From Octopus vulgaris (lineage: Eukaryota): DNA of 64,000 nucleotides. Where the stretch lies: assembly GCA_951406725.2 (NCBI GenBank), contig OX597833.1, forward strand, positions 5,518,001 through 5,582,000, written 5' to 3'. Position 1 is the stretch's first letter; each line of letters begins with the position of its first letter. Under the pieces are notes generated by a model. It was not told the DNA's origin. It saw only the letters and a program-made list of their open reading frames with translations, and did no database searches. The position numbers and the translations under genes are program-made. This document shows positions 1 through 14,520 of this stretch, in pieces.

Positions 1-218
1 TTTGTGTGTCTGTGTTTGTCCCCCTAGCATTGCTTGACAACCGATGCTGGTGTGTTTACGTCCCCGTTACTTAGCGGTTCGGCAAAAGAGACCGATAGAA
101 TAAGTACTGGGCTTACAAAAGAATAAGTCCCGGGGTCGAGTTGTTCGATTAAAGGCGGTGCTCCAGCATGGCCGCAGTCAAATGACTGAAACAAGTAAAA
201 GAGTAAAAGAGTAAAGAG
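1..218 (+). mobile_element. SINE family A, 3' half
   Basis: Near-identical to the 3' halves of the copies at 14999 and 38428; (GTAAAAGA)n tail. Confidence 0.85.
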
Positions 219-647
219 TATACACGCTTATTTATTTAATTGGAAGAAATTTATTAATCCAACTCAAATTTCGGGCCACTACGATCTTGTCGCTTGAGGG
301 TCGCGGTGACTTGAAACCTGAGTAGGGAACTCATACGAGGTTGACATCCTAGTTTAACATGTACTAAGCACTCTCCTCTCGATTATTCGACACAGACCGA
401 CGTAGGAAGGATATATTTTACCATAGCCCCGGGTCAACCAAAGCCTTTTCAGTAGATTTGGTAGACGAAGTTGAAAGAGAACCGCCGTATGTATATAAAT
501 ACATATATACATACGCGTGTGTGTGTGTGTCTGAAAACAAATTTCTTGTGCGCACAATCGGGTCCCCTTCACTTCCCTCGGCCCCGAATATCATCAAACA
601 GTGAATACCAACATCCCTAACAACTATCTCTAATGCTGCACGTTTCC

Positions 648-997
648 TACTACCACCACTACCACAACCACAACCACAACCACAACCTTGGCCATCTTCA
701 GCACCGGCACAACCACCACCACTATTACTACTACTGCTGCTAAAGACACCACTACCACCACCCCCACGACCAACCCTACGAAGTCCACTGTACAACTCTT
801 ATTACCACCACCACTACTACTACCACTACTATTGTCACTACTACCACCACCACCATCACTACTACTACTACTACCACCACCACCTCCATCAGTAGGACCA
901 CCACCGCCACCATCGCCTTCACCACCACCACCACCACCACCACCACCACCACCACCACCACCACCGCCTTCACCACCACCACCACCACCACCACCGC
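648..997. repeat. (CAC/TAC)n triplet array
   Basis: Direct reading; similar arrays at 15725-16180, 30915-31470 and 37405-37620. Confidence 0.9.
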
Positions 998-1244
998 TTG
1001 TGAAGTATGTAAGATCTAAACTGGGTGAAATATTTAGCAAGAAGTAATCTGTTTTTAGATTGACTGATTCTGTGCTATGGCGACGGTGAGACACACACAC
1101 ACACACACACACTGCCGCGAATATATATGCACATATACACCCATACACACACACACGCACACACACACATCCACACTTACACACAGGCAGGTGCTCATGC
1201 ACGCACATACATAAACACATATATTCAAAAGTGAACGGAATCCA

Positions 1245-1275
<31 letters not shown>

Positions 1276-1321
1276 GATATGTGTGTGTGTGTGTATGTTG
1301 CCGTTATGATACACTAGTTAA

Positions 1322-1352
<31 letters not shown>

Positions 1353-1524
1353 TACACACACGCAAACGCACGCACATGTACATACGTATGTGATATCCTC
1401 CTGGGCCTCACTGTTGAAATGGTGACAAATTCTTGTACCTTCACAGATATACACATACTTATACGCCCGTTCCCGGCAGAAGCACATGCTAACACGCATG
1501 ATATATGTTTGTGTGTGAGTGTGC

Positions 1525-1584
<60 letters not shown>

Positions 1585-1752
1585 GTCAGTCTGTCTGTCT
1601 GTCTCTCCCTCTCTCGATGTATATATATATATATATATATACATACATGTGCTTTCACAAACCAACTTTCTTATCTATATATATTTATATATATATATAT
1701 GATATATACAAATAAGAATCTTGCAAAACGAATATAAACGTATATATATATA

Positions 1753-1822
<70 letters not shown>

Positions 1823-2206
1823 TATATACGTTTATATATATATATATATATATATATCTGTGTCTGTGTGTGTAACATGGATTGATAAGATAGATGAGAT
1901 AGGTAGATAGGCAGATCTTCGTATAGAGATGCATTTGGGCGGCTGCATCATGCTGAACCTTATGCAAGTGATGTTTATGTATTAGATTGTGTGTGTGCTT
2001 GCGTGCACGCGAATATGGGTAGTGTTACTTTTTGTACGTATGTATGTATACGTGTGTTTATATTAATAATACAAATTAATAATACATATATTAATAATAC
2101 AAATTAATATATGTTAATAAACATATAAACACTAGAGAAACAGCATTCCATCAACAGAACTTACTGAACACCCGTGGGAAATAAACCAACATCTTTTACA
2201 GCGTGT

Positions 2207-2261
<55 letters not shown>

Positions 2262-2985
2262 TAGGTGTGTAGTAGTGTGTGTGTGTTTATGTGTGTGTGC
2301 TTTGAGACAAGCATTTCTGGCTAACAGGTAAATTAAGCGACTTGGGCTGCTAATGGTGATAGCATCTTTTGTGCGGTCTCAACCGGACGGTGAAGTGTTG
2401 TCTGAAGCAATGTCTTCCTATCCAGGGGAGTCTGATACGAATTTTGAAAAAATAAGCAGATCGAAAACACGGATCGCTTTTCTGTGTGTTTAAAATCTCC
2501 ATTACAAAGCTGAGTTATAAGATGGAAAGATCAAGTGAACATAATTAAGTGGTCAATTGGGAAGCATTCAGTCTTATCGTTAAAGGTACGAAACTGAAAG
2601 GAGCATTTGGCCGATAACTGATGAAAGACTATGGACTTCCTGATTGTCTCACGTTTGTTTTTACATTCAGAATACGTTGTGTCATTTGCTTTTATATTTC
2701 TTCATTTATATATCTAATGCATGTTTTTATTTCAAGCAATATATAAAAGAAACTCGACATTGAACTGAAGAACTACTCAAGGCTATTAGTAAAATGTACG
2801 TTAATTAAAGCTTTGCAAGAAGTGTTTATAGGGACTTCGAAGTTTCTGTCTAATAGCCTTCATCGAGCTTTACGTATATGTATGTGTTCTTGCATCTTTC
2901 TCTCTCTCTCTCTCTTTGTATTTATATATATGTGTGTGTGTCTATATACATATATGATATATATGTCTATATATCTATATCTATC

Positions 2986-3038
<53 letters not shown>

Positions 3039-3124
3039 TGAGTAATGAAGGGTTTAGCAACAATTTGCCTCACCACACACCGAATTTAGAGTCAAAGAGT
3101 TATGGCTATTCTTTCTACTTATAG

Positions 3125-3182
<58 letters not shown>

Positions 3183-3983
3183 GTTTTACTTGTTTGTCAT
3201 TAAATTGTGGCCATACTGCAGCACCACCTTGAAAGGTTTTATCGAACAAATCGATCCCAATACTTTTTTCTGAAAGTCTGGATCTGTTTTTGTCAAACCG
3301 CTAAGTTACGAAGGACGTAAACAAAATAATACCGGCTGTCAAGTAGTGGATGAGAGAACAAACACAAAAACACAAACACACGTATGTTTATGCGTGTGTG
3401 TGTACACGCACACACATGTATGTATAGGCATGTATCCACTCGTATGTATATACAAATATATAACCAGGGCAGAGAGATGATGGAGTTGATGGTGTTCTAC
3501 TTTCCCCAACCAAGGAGTTGATTGTTCGTATCTGTTCATCAGTACCGTGCTATGCCTCAGGTAAATTTATCTAATCAAGCCAGCTCAATTCAGCTACCTG
3601 TAAATAGGTTCTGCGTAAGGGAGCGGTGGTTCTTTGCAGCCGTTACCAGTTCAGTTGTAAATGTGACAGAGCCAAAATCTCTGAGATGGAGAAACTATCT
3701 TTTATTAAATCACTCGCGAGATAAACACAAAGATTTTACTGATGCCACGTCTACTAATGACTTATGAGGCTTAACGGTTTTACTACACACACACAGACAC
3801 AAACTCACCCCCACACACTTCTTAAATTTGTATATATACATATATATGTCAAATATATATGTATACACAAACATATATATATATATTTATATGGTACAAA
3901 AATGTTACAAATGTGACTAACAGTTATTTGGAAACCCTATATAAATGATAATCTAGTCTCCAGTATAGTACAGTATATATAGT

Positions 3984-4038
<55 letters not shown>

Positions 4039-4109
4039 TGTGTGTGTGTATGGATATGTATGTACATACATTCATGCACACATACATACATAAATACATA
4101 TATACATAC

Positions 4110-4194
<85 letters not shown>

Positions 4195-4309
4195 CAAGCG
4201 AGATTGTGATAGGTGGATGTAGATAGAGATGTTGATTAGCAGCTACTGATAAGGTTGAGTCTCTGCAGTATAGTTATTGGAATGAGGTGAGTGTAAACAC
4301 GACTACCTT

Positions 4310-4384
<75 letters not shown>

Positions 4385-4729
4385 TGTATGTATGTATTTA
4401 TGTATATGTATTTATTTATGTGGCGAGTGGAGGATGGTGAGGAGTTTCTTTGTAAGATAGTGATCACAAAACTTAGACGCTTAGATTCGTTCCTTGCTGT
4501 TGGTACTTTCACTATAATTGCCGACGTCATGTTCGTATTCGTTCCTGCATTCTTCGGTGTAGTTGAGCAGTGGCATAGTATTCTCCCAGCGGTACCGGTG
4601 GAACGAGCTGTTGTTTTTGTATGGTTTGCCACTTCTCAGAGAAAACTATTTACCTACCGCAGGTAAACTACTGCCTCGAGTGTACAACGGGAACATTATA
4701 TGGTATAATCAACCTTACAACACTAATGT

Positions 4730-4782
<53 letters not shown>

Positions 4783-5600
4783 TGTGTATCATCATGCTCG
4801 TCGTTATCTTAATCATCATTATCATCGTCATCATCATCACCCTATTAATTTCGCTTTCCGTGCTGGCACGGGACGAGCAGGGTATAACGGTTGACCTCAG
4901 CGCGTAAACGTGGTTAATGCTTACCTCGAATGATCAGGGGCAACTCAACTCGTTTTAGTTTCATTTTGTTGTTTGGTTTCTGCGGTTCAATGTCTTCCTT
5001 AATAACAAGCCCTTGACATATTGTTCTGAGTGCCTTTTCCTTGTTGCACCAGCACTACAGATATAACCATGTCGTCAGCACGACTAAAAAACTGTCTCAG
5101 TCCCACTTTTCTGCTCACTCATTAGTCTCTTTACGAATGAGCGAGAGTGGTGCGAATGATAGTGATGAGAAAGATGAGTGGTAAATTCGAGGCAGTGCGA
5201 CGTAATTGATGTTCCAGAAGAGTGATAGAGGCCAGTGTGATCTAGGAGAAAATACTATAACAGGGGCCGTGAGTGCGTGGTGGAAAAAGGGCAAGAGTAT
5301 GCCGGAAGTCAGTGACATGGCGTGATGACAGACAGTGCAGGAAAGAATGGAGAAAGCAGAGGGAACTAGGCAGAATGTGAACCAGTGTAACCGTCTTTAC
5401 TAGACGAGGGTCGAGTAATAAGAGGTGGCAGGGAAAGTGGAAAGTAGGTGGGTTCTGTGCTAGAAAAGATCTCAAATGTTGGTGACAAGCTTAGGATGGA
5501 TACAGTGGAAGCAATATAAGGCAAACAGAAGACATTTGCTGCCATCCACAGTCTCACTAAAAGCATGGGACAGTCAGAATTGAGAACAGTAGGAAGTAAT

Positions 5601-5882
5601 CACCGTGTTGTTACACATCGCTGGTCACAATGCGCTTCGCATTGTTTTAGCCTTGATATGACGCCACCCCGCTGGCTAAGCGAGCAGGCCAACAGAAGAA
5701 AGAGTGGGAGAAAGTGTGGTGAAAGAGTACAGCAGGGATCACCACCCCCTGCCGGAGCCTCGTGGAGCTTTTTAAGTGTTTTCACTCAATAAACACTCAC
5801 AACGCCCGATCTGGAAATCGAAACCGCGATCCTACGACCGCGAGTCTGCTGCCCTAACCACGAGGCCATTGCACCTCCACAT
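5601..5882 (-). mobile_element. SINE family C (tRNA-derived), tail type 1, 13-bp TSD agtaggaagtaat
   Basis: Head tggaggtgcaatggcctcgtggttagggcagc...ggtttcgattt, shared with the 9398 and 24295 copies. Confidence 0.85.
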
Positions 5883-6024
5883 AGTAGGAAGTAATAGAGA
5901 GGTGAACTAGAGGCAACGGTAGAAGAATATTCTGGCGAACAGAACACGAACAAAAAAGGCACGGCTGGGGGGAGAGTTCGATGTGTGTGTGACGAAACAG
6001 AATAGATCAGCTATTTACTACAGT

Positions 6025-7094
6025 AAATTTGAAAAATTTGAAACTAATTTAATTAAAGACACCAATAAATCTGTCCTCTATTTTTATGTCACAGTCCTCA
6101 CCAAAAGAATCATTGAACATCAGGTGGTACCTACTAACAGCAACATAGACTGGGCATAAATACAGTGGCATTCCTGTGAATATCTGTGCCTCTCAGTCGC
6201 ACACCTGCTTTTACTACCTCATTTCTACAGCGTGACAGATTAGCGTCACAAATTGTTTACACCACAGGAATCTGTCGTTAGTAGTTTAGTATAAAATATA
6301 TAAATTTAAGACTCTAGCATATTTGCCTCATGTCATCCTCTCTTCATTGAAGCCTACTCCAGTAAACGTAGTAACATCTCATTTTAGATGTTAGAAACTT
6401 TCTGCATCCCTGTGCAAGCCAAAGTAATTAATGTTGCAGTCGGTTTGGTCTGCAGTTTTGGCTCTCAGCCATTCTTTCTACACTAATTCTTGCGAAATTA
6501 CATCCAGTAAGCAAGTACTCTATATCATCCAGCCATACTTCGGGGATAAAAATATTTCTGAAGCGATTTACTATTTTCAGTTTCATTTTCTCTTTGTAAC
6601 ACTTTGTTACGATTGTACGATCCTCGATGAGGGTTGCGGTTGTCTTAGAGTCTGGTTAGACGATAGAATTCTTGGTTTGTGTATAGTCACAGTATCTAAA
6701 TATTTATTAACTGCGATGTCTTTTGTGATTCACCTGTTGTTTTGACCTATATGTATTAAAATGCAAAATGGACATTATTTTTCTCAACATGTATTAACTA
6801 ATTATATTTGCTGGCAGTTTTCTTAAACGTTTCTTAGATTATTTCGTGAGAAAACATATCAATTTGTCTTTATAGCAATACCAGTCTGACAGTACGGGGA
6901 AGGCTTTGCTTTGAAGGCACGAGATTAGATTCCGTAATGTAGTATCGTAGCTACTGTATTTATGCCCAGTCTATGTTGCTGTAAGTAGGTACCACCTGAT
7001 GTTCAATGATCCTCTTGGTGAGGACTGTGACATTAAAAAAGAAGACAGATTTATTGGTGTCTTTAATAATATTAGTTTCAAATTTAAAAAATTT
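6025..7094. mobile_element. Non-autonomous element with ~145-bp inverted repeats
   Basis: 6025-6168 is the reverse complement of 6951-7094 (e.g. cattgaacatcaggtggtacctact-acagcaacatagactgggcataaatacagt vs actgtatttatgcccagtctatgttgctgt-agtaggtaccacctgatgttcaatg). No transposase ORF in the spacer. Confidence 0.75.
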
Positions 7095-7380
7095 GTCCAG
7101 CATCATAACAAAGGCAGAAAAGTTGTATAGATACGAATTCTATTAACAAAGCAAGTTAGGGCTGGTAGAAGTCAGTGAGCTTCACAAATATTTTAGGCTG
7201 GCCTTTTATATATCAATATATATCGGTTTGAGAATCACTGTAAAAAGAAGGACTGCTACACAATTTATGAAGATGCCATAAACCATGTGTGCCATGTTCG
7301 AGTCGTTCTAAGAACTTGACATTTGGTAGATGTAACAATAAAATAACTCGGCGTTCAATTCCATCCACAAGAATACAACG

Positions 7381-7548
7381 TTACGTTCTGAGTTCAAATT
7401 CCGCCGAGGTCGACTTTGCCTTTCATCCTTTCGGGGTCGATAAATTAAGTACCAGTTTACTCACTGGGGTCGATCTAATCGACTTAATCCCTTTGTTTGT
7501 CCTTGTTTGTCCTCTCTATGTTTAGCCCCTTGTGGACAATAAAGAAGT
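7381..7548 (+). mobile_element. SINE family B, 5'-truncated, 12-bp TSD aagaatacaacg
   Basis: gagttcaaattccgccgaggtcgactttgcctttcatcctttcggggtcgataaattaagtaccag core; TSD at 7369-7380 and 7549-7560. Confidence 0.87.
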
Positions 7549-8499
7549 AAGAATACAACGAAGACTTGGAAAATAATACAGGAATCGTACCATATTCCTC
7601 CATACATATCTTTGGTTGGATTTGAACTCAGAAATTTTTATTGCTATCGTAGTACAAGAGTGTCTGCATGGATAAGTTCTTAACAGAGTGGAGATGTTCG
7701 CATCGTGATCTTTAATCCATCAATACTTTCGTCACCCCTGCTGCCACCACTCACCTAACTTGATAAGAAACTCTTAAAACTTAGACGAAATGTTAGTAAC
7801 ATGGTTGAATGAATCTGGCAGTACAGAAGTTCACTCTTTTTGCGATCTAAAATTCATGCAAGGTATTGGGGTAAGTATTAGATCTTTTTAAAATGGATGA
7901 AGGAAGTCTGGGTTTAGCAGCATCTCGGTAACTCTAGCGTCTGTGAACGGCCTGCACATTGAAAACATTAACAGAACAGGCCTCTCTCTCTAAAACAGCA
8001 AAAATATCTCAGTATTCACAGCAAGAGATATAAGTTGAATAACATGTGGGTAGCATGTGGGTAACATGTTGTAGATTTTTGTTTTTAAACAGGGAGTCAG
8101 TGACACCTTTTCAAGGACCACGGACCACACGTAACTCGACAGAAGAAACCAAAAAAAGTTTTTTTGCGAATGTGGATATTTTAACATGTGGGAGATTGTC
8201 TATAATTCATATGTAGAACAGACTGGAATGGTAAGAGCAAGGTGGTGGTGGTGGTGGTGGTGGTGGTGGTGGTGGCGGCGGTGGTGGCGGCGGTGGCGGT
8301 GTTTGTTGTAGAAATGTAAATAGATACAGAAATAGTTGTAACATATGTGCAGCGATGTTCATTATTATGCCCTTGGTATTTTCGTCCTATTTTACCGAAT
8401 TTATCCCTGCTCTACACTTCAACCAGAAAAAAGCTGAAACGGAGACTAGTTATATATATATATATAGATTGATAGATACATAGATACATACGCACACAC

Positions 8500-8576
<77 letters not shown>

Positions 8577-9397
8577 CTTCGGTTTATCAAGAACAGATAG
8601 CACCAATATCTAATTGCTGTTAATTGTCACTAGCCAAGAACGGGTCTTATCTAGCTTTGCGCGTTCTCCCATCAGTTCCAAGAAACGAGAGGAAAAAACA
8701 ACTTTACGTAGATATATAAAACTGATAAGGCTTTCGAATCCGACCTCAGCCATCAAGTTGAACATTCTTTACCATTATAAATATCTCTTGTGTTCTATCT
8801 TAGATCTGTTTTCGAAGACTCTCGACTGGAGACGCTGCAGACTTCCCGTGTAAACATAATTAAAATCTGTAATGAGCCAAGGGAAATCACTGATTTGGTT
8901 GCAGACTTCCTTTGTTTACTCATCATATATACACTCCCTCTATACCCCACCCGAACCTTACACAAGGCCAACGAAGGAGCCTCTAGGTCGGGCATAAGAA
9001 ACCTTTTCCAAGGAGAGGGCCGCGTGAGACATGGCCCATCCTCAGGTGGGTTGCATTACTGAAAAACTCAAGGAAAATTTTCATTAGGTGTGCCATTAAG
9101 AAAGTCCCGCGGGTTGGGGGTTGGGGGTACAGTTTGCTCGCGACTAATCTATGTGGTCATTCGATCAGCTAGAAATAACAGCTAAATTTTACTCAAACTG
9201 TATTATAATCTTGAAATCAATTGGAAGGCGCACGATAAACGAGAAAATTAGTATTTGGATGTCGGAAACTGTGGAATGGTCAGGGCTGGAAAGCCTTTTC
9301 GAAGATAAGACTACTTGAGCAGAGATCAAGCAACAACTTTGGATTAAGCATCGTTAAAAGAAATAAGAGCGACGACAATAACAACAGCAACAAGCTT

Positions 9398-9775
9398 GGA
9401 GGCGCAATGGCCCAATGGTTAGGGCAGCGGACTCGCGGTCGGAGGATCGCGGTTTCGATTCCCAGACCGGGCGTTGTGTGTGTTTATTGAGCGAAAACAC
9501 CTAAAGCTCCATGAAGTTCCGGCAGGGGGTGGTGGTGATCCCTGTTGTATTCTTTCGCTCCAACTTTCTCTCACTCTTACTTCCTGTTTCTTGTCCTCCC
9601 CGACTTCCTACGCAACCGCTGTGCCTCGATGCACATTCATCCATCCGTCGATGCTCTCGGTGTCGGGGGTTGACCTGCTTTCTCTTCTGCAGGTCTTACG
9701 AATAGCAAAGGACCACGTTTCGGACTTCTCCCATCTTGCGAGCTCTGGGACGAAGACCGCAACAGCAACAGCAAC
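9398..9775 (+). mobile_element. SINE family C, tail type 2
   Basis: ggaggcgcaatggcccaatggttagggcagcggactcgcggtc...ggtttcgattccc; ends in (CAA/CAG)n. Confidence 0.82.
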
Positions 9776-10358
9776 CACAGAATCAGCACCAGCAACAGCA
9801 ATAGGCGTTCTGTACACACCGTAGAGTGGATAGCAGATGACGGGAGAAAACGTATGGTGGGTGGGGGTGGGGGTCCCTGTAGTATTTTGTCTCGCTGAGG
9901 ACGAATCGACCGCTCTGGTGTTGGTGCCGTGAGAAAATGCGCTCAGTAAACTTTGTAGAAGGGTTTGCGGTGGGAAAGGCATCCGGTCGTAGAAACTGAT
10001 CTCAACGCACTGCCTTGTCCGGGAATCGAAACTACGTCTCCACAACTAGGCCAGGCACCTTCACTACCGCAGTCAATAATGTCTTGATTACTGTCTCTCT
10101 GTAATATTGTATGTAACGCTAATACAGCTGTTGTTGTTGTTATTGTTATTATTATTAATCCATTTTGTGGATATAAATAAATATTCTGTCTCGTTAATAT
10201 TTTGGCGTCAAACCTAGTTTTCGGAGTACAAAACAAGCTTAACATTATCACCTTTCGATAAATATTTTCCTTCACTCATTCTCATTCTCTCTCTGTCAGT
10301 CTGTCTGTCTGTCCCTCTCTCTTTATCTATCTATCTATCTATCTATCTAATCTGTCTG

Positions 10359-10417
<59 letters not shown>

Positions 10418-10550
10418 GTCTGCCTGTCCGCCCGTCTCTGTCTGTCTCTGTCTCCTCCTTTCTCTCTCTCTCTCTGTCTGTCTGTCTATCTATCTATCTG
10501 TTTGTCTATGTATGTATGTATCTGTCTGCCTGCCCGTCCGTCTGTCTCTG

Positions 10551-10599
<49 letters not shown>

Positions 10600-11451
10600 C
10601 AGTCTTATCTGTCGGTCTGCCTGTCTCTGTCTCTTTCACTCTCTCTCTCTCTCTATCTGTCAGTCTGTCTGCCGGTCTATCTGTCTCTGGGTCCTCTATA
10701 TACCCGACCCATACGCCCTTACATTCTGTTCATGCACGTAATGTGATATTTGCTTTGGTTATTAAGCGAGATGGAAGTTAATTAGACATTTTCCCCCAAA
10801 CAACGGACGACATAAGCCACTTCGCGAATGTAAACACACATTAAAGTGAAAATTGTTTTGGGTAAAACGAAAACCCACCAATTTTATGATAGGTGTGGCT
10901 TGGGTTGCGAGACATTTAGTAGCTGTTACATTAGCTCATCTTATCTCTAAGGTTCCTACTCTTTATCTGCATCAGTTTGCGAAAAACCAAAAACAAACAA
11001 AAATACCGACCTTCTGCATCTGCAGAGATGGCTACGTTGCAAGTGTTATTAATAAGTCGTATTGCATTCTTAACGTCTTGCACGGCGGTAGTTGTGCCTG
11101 TACAGATGTAGTCATGTTTGCACGTCTCTTGTTATGTTTATACAGCAAGTGTTAATAGCCAACACAAGTTGTTTGCACGGCAGTATCTGTGTCTCTACAG
11201 CTGTAGTTTTGCTTGCACATCCGTAGTTATGTCTATACGGCAAGTGTTAATAACCTGTATTAGATACATCTGCATAACAGCAGTTATGTCCGCCGAGCTT
11301 CTGCAACATTTAATCAAAAAACAACCACATTTTCATTTTTAAAAGCTCGTTTTAAGTAACGTATCCATTTTTAATATGTTCTGGCTGATTCGAAGAGGAA
11401 TATACTGATCGCTATTGTTGTTTCGTCATCGGAGAATACCTCCTTTTAGAC

Positions 11452-11808
11452 CCGTGGTTCTCAACCATTTTTTGTCTACTGACCCCTTTGATTACTATTT
11501 TATTTATTTTGGTGGACCCCCCATAGTAGTTCGATGTTTAAAAACTAGTTTTATAGAAACCTCTTCCAGAATACCTATTTTGTTATTCACACAATCCCTT
11601 GTTTAGATTAATTTATGTAAAATGTTAGAAAAAGAAATTTAACTCTTTCTTGCAATACATAACAATGCATACATCTAAAGCAATTTTTTTTCATTTACCC
11701 TTAAACTAACACTGTAGACCCAAATTACTATTTTGCTACGTGCCCCCATCCCCCACAAATTCTATATGGATTCTCAGGGGCGATATGGACCACAGTTGAA
11801 AGCCACTA
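11452..11808. mobile_element. hAT (Charlie-like) MITE
   Basis: Termini ccgtggttctcaacc ... gttgaaagccacta. 8-bp TSD ttttagac / ctttagac with central TA. Confidence 0.75.
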
Positions 11809-11901
11809 CTTTAGACGATGCGTGTTAATAACACACGTATTTATTTGACACAAAGGTACTTTCTGACATTGCTGTGTTTCGACCTTATGTTGTCTCCTCA
11901 G

Positions 11902-11947
11902 TCAAAGACCAAGGAATCTGACAAGAGTATCAAGGTGAAACAATGCG
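11902..11947 (+). other. Candidate upstream exon (5'UTR or N-terminal) of the Shisa transcript or of another + strand transcript
   Basis: Acceptor tgttgtctcctcag| and consensus donor CG|gtgagt around 46 nt of unique sequence. Ends acaATGCG. Linkage to the gene is unproven. Confidence 0.4.
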
Positions 11948-12599
11948 GTGAGTCGAAGTTCTCTTAAACCGGCGACGTGTATTACGTGTATTACGAACAC
12001 AAGTCGTCTGAAAAGAAGAGAGGTTCTCCGATTACGGAAAACAACAATGATTTCACATTCATTTTCGAATCTGCCAAAACGTATTAATGTATTTGTTGTT
12101 ATTTGGATTCTCAATACTTATCACGTGTTTTATTCGAGCCAAAAACATACCGGTTAATTAACTATGCATCTGTATTTGTATCATTATGCGTTGCTGTACA
12201 TTTAAATACACTTTGGATAAACACACACTACACCAGAAAGTAATAAAGACAAATATCTTATTAAAAGTTTCTCCGGACATTAAATCATGTTGCGTACGCG
12301 TCCTTACGTATCCGTGATGGGAAAGCGAAATTTCAAGCAGGTGTTCATAAATTGCATTGTATTATTGTAAATTTCGTAGATTTCGTAAGAAGAGACCTAG
12401 GAAGGTATCGTTTTCTATAAACCAACGGAATGAAATCAACCGGAGAAATTCAATTAGGTAACACCTTAATAGTTGCCAGAATTAGATATACGATATCTTA
12501 ATGCCTAACCCTGTTGTGCTCAAGTATTTTAAGTTGTATAACTACTCACATATTCGTAAACTTTAATCAATTGATTATTCGGTAATCAGTTTTATTTTT

Positions 12600-13045
12600 T
12601 TTTATTTATTTATCTAGTTTCAGCTCACAAGCTGTGGCCATGCTGGGGCACCGCCATTTGGTGTTGCTACATGATTTTACTTCACGAATGCTTTTTAGCA
12701 ATTGCCATTTGGTGCATGAGAGAGTTCAATGCAGCTGCCCTCATCTGCACCTCCTGCCGTGAAGTTGGTTCATCCGGGACACCTGACAAGAGGAGATCCA
12801 GTTTCATTTTAAAGACATCTGCATCCACCCCATGCAGGTCTCTTAGGTTCTTCGGGAGGATATTGAAGAGCTGTGGGCCTCGGAAGCCCAGGCTATCACA
12901 GTATCTTGTCCTACATCTTGATGGCAAATTTGGAGTCCTTGGCACTATGCAGTGGCGCCCAGTTCTGGCATTTGTGTAACTCTCGATGTCAAAGTTTGGG
13001 ACAAGGCCTTCCAGGATCTTCCAGATGTATATTATGGCATATCTT
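12600..13045 (-). mobile_element. 5'-truncated CR1/L2-group LINE: ORF2 C-terminus plus 3'UTR and (TAAA)n tail
   Basis: Translation RYAIIYIWKILEGLVPNF...RTGRHC...SLGFRGPQLFNILPKNLR...FKMKLDLLLSGVPDEP is typical of post-RT C-termini of this group. It is followed by ggcggtgccccagcatggccacagc...ctgaaactagataaataaa. Confidence 0.8.
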
Positions 13046-13643
13046 GTAGAGGAAGTTTTTAACATACGAAGGCATATCCACCCCCACCTCCGTCCATGGT
13101 TTCCCACAAAGTTCAACCAACTTGCTCTATTTTCTGTCATTCCTGAGGAAAGCATAATCCATGTTCGCTTCTCAAGAATTGTCAGCTGTCATCTTTACCT
13201 TAATCCTTTCCTTGCACCCCCACTTCCAAGAACATGCGAATAAAGACAAGCATGTATCATGTTTGTGGTGTTTTCTTTTTTCCTTTTTCTTTTTGGTCTG
13301 CAGAGAATGTCTCTAAATCTTGTTGATGAGAACACATGGTGGTGATGATGATGATGATGATGACGGTGGTGGTGGTGGTGGTGGTGGTGAAAATTACGAG
13401 AAGGTAGACGAGAAGAGAAGCAGAGGCAGGGTGTATGCATGTGCGGGGTGGGGGAGGTTGTTTTAAGCAAGAAATTCGAATGGTGTACTGAGAAACACGG
13501 GTGTGTGACCCCTACCCCGGGTGGAGGACATCTGATACAATGTCAAGACGTGTATGAGCCACAGTCAGGAGTAATTGCTAGCTCATTTATCTTGGGGCTA
13601 GTGACATTACTCTGTTGTTCCGCACTCACAAGCCTCCCCCCCC

Positions 13644-13676
<33 letters not shown>

Positions 13677-14520
13677 CGCGTGTGAGTATTTATGTACACA
13701 CACACACACACACATTCTTTCTCACACACTCTTGTAGAGAGTATGGGAATTGTAACAATACGTTGGTGTGCATACATGTTATCATATACCCCATAGGTGT
13801 AGAAATATCGCTTTCTATACACTCTTATATACAGTTCTATATATGCACAGCTGTATATACTCACATGTATACATACGCTGCCGAACTGTTGACACGAACA
13901 TGCGACCTCATGCTGTGCGACATATTGCTTCCAAAAGTAGTCAACACTCTCTCTACCACCACCTCCACCGCCACCACCACCACCACCACCAATACCAACA
14001 TCATCACGCAAACACAATCCTCATCTCTGCTGCTACCATTTATTTCCGTCTTTTGTGAACAAGATACAGGGTGTTCAAAAATTCTCTCCGCAATAAGTAT
14101 TTTGTTTTTCATTGCAAAATAAATATTGTGACGTATTTTTGCCATTTAAATATGGCTAACCCCTAAGGGTGGATGCTACTGTAGTTTGTAGCCCCAGGAG
14201 GACACCTCCTCCAGCTGGCTATAGACACACTTTCTGTGCCCTATCAATATTTGCAAAGGGAAGCCATCCTTCCCGTCTTGAACTTATGATACACACGGAC
14301 TCGTGTTTCTGAGTATTGACCCGTCAAGATGGTATAAGACTACGAAAGAATATATTAGACTTGACAAGACTTTAAAAAACTTCATAAGAAGTGTTGAAAG
14401 TGTTGGCCATTATTCTCAATACATATTCTTCATTTTCTTCTTCACATGTTTTGAAATACATCACGGAGAAAAAAATTCACTGCGTAGAGACTTTTTAAAC
14501 ACCCTATATTTAAGCTTACA

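Noticed and set aside
688-1047. Poly-Pro formin/extensin-like ORF
   Set aside because: Translation of a (CAC/TAC)n array; no splice context or domain.
4481-4645. Minus-strand terminal exon (FSLRSGKPYKNNSS...KERI*)
   Set aside because: Protein-like composition, but the only available acceptor lacks a polypyrimidine tract and no partner exons were found.
5110-6010. Decayed Penelope RT fragment (minus strand) around the SINE C insertion
   Set aside because: Composition and faint motifs are suggestive, but no continuous translation can be supported without an alignment.
9398-9470. tRNA gene
   Set aside because: A/B boxes are present but continue into a repeated SINE body, and sister copies have TSDs; these are SINE heads.
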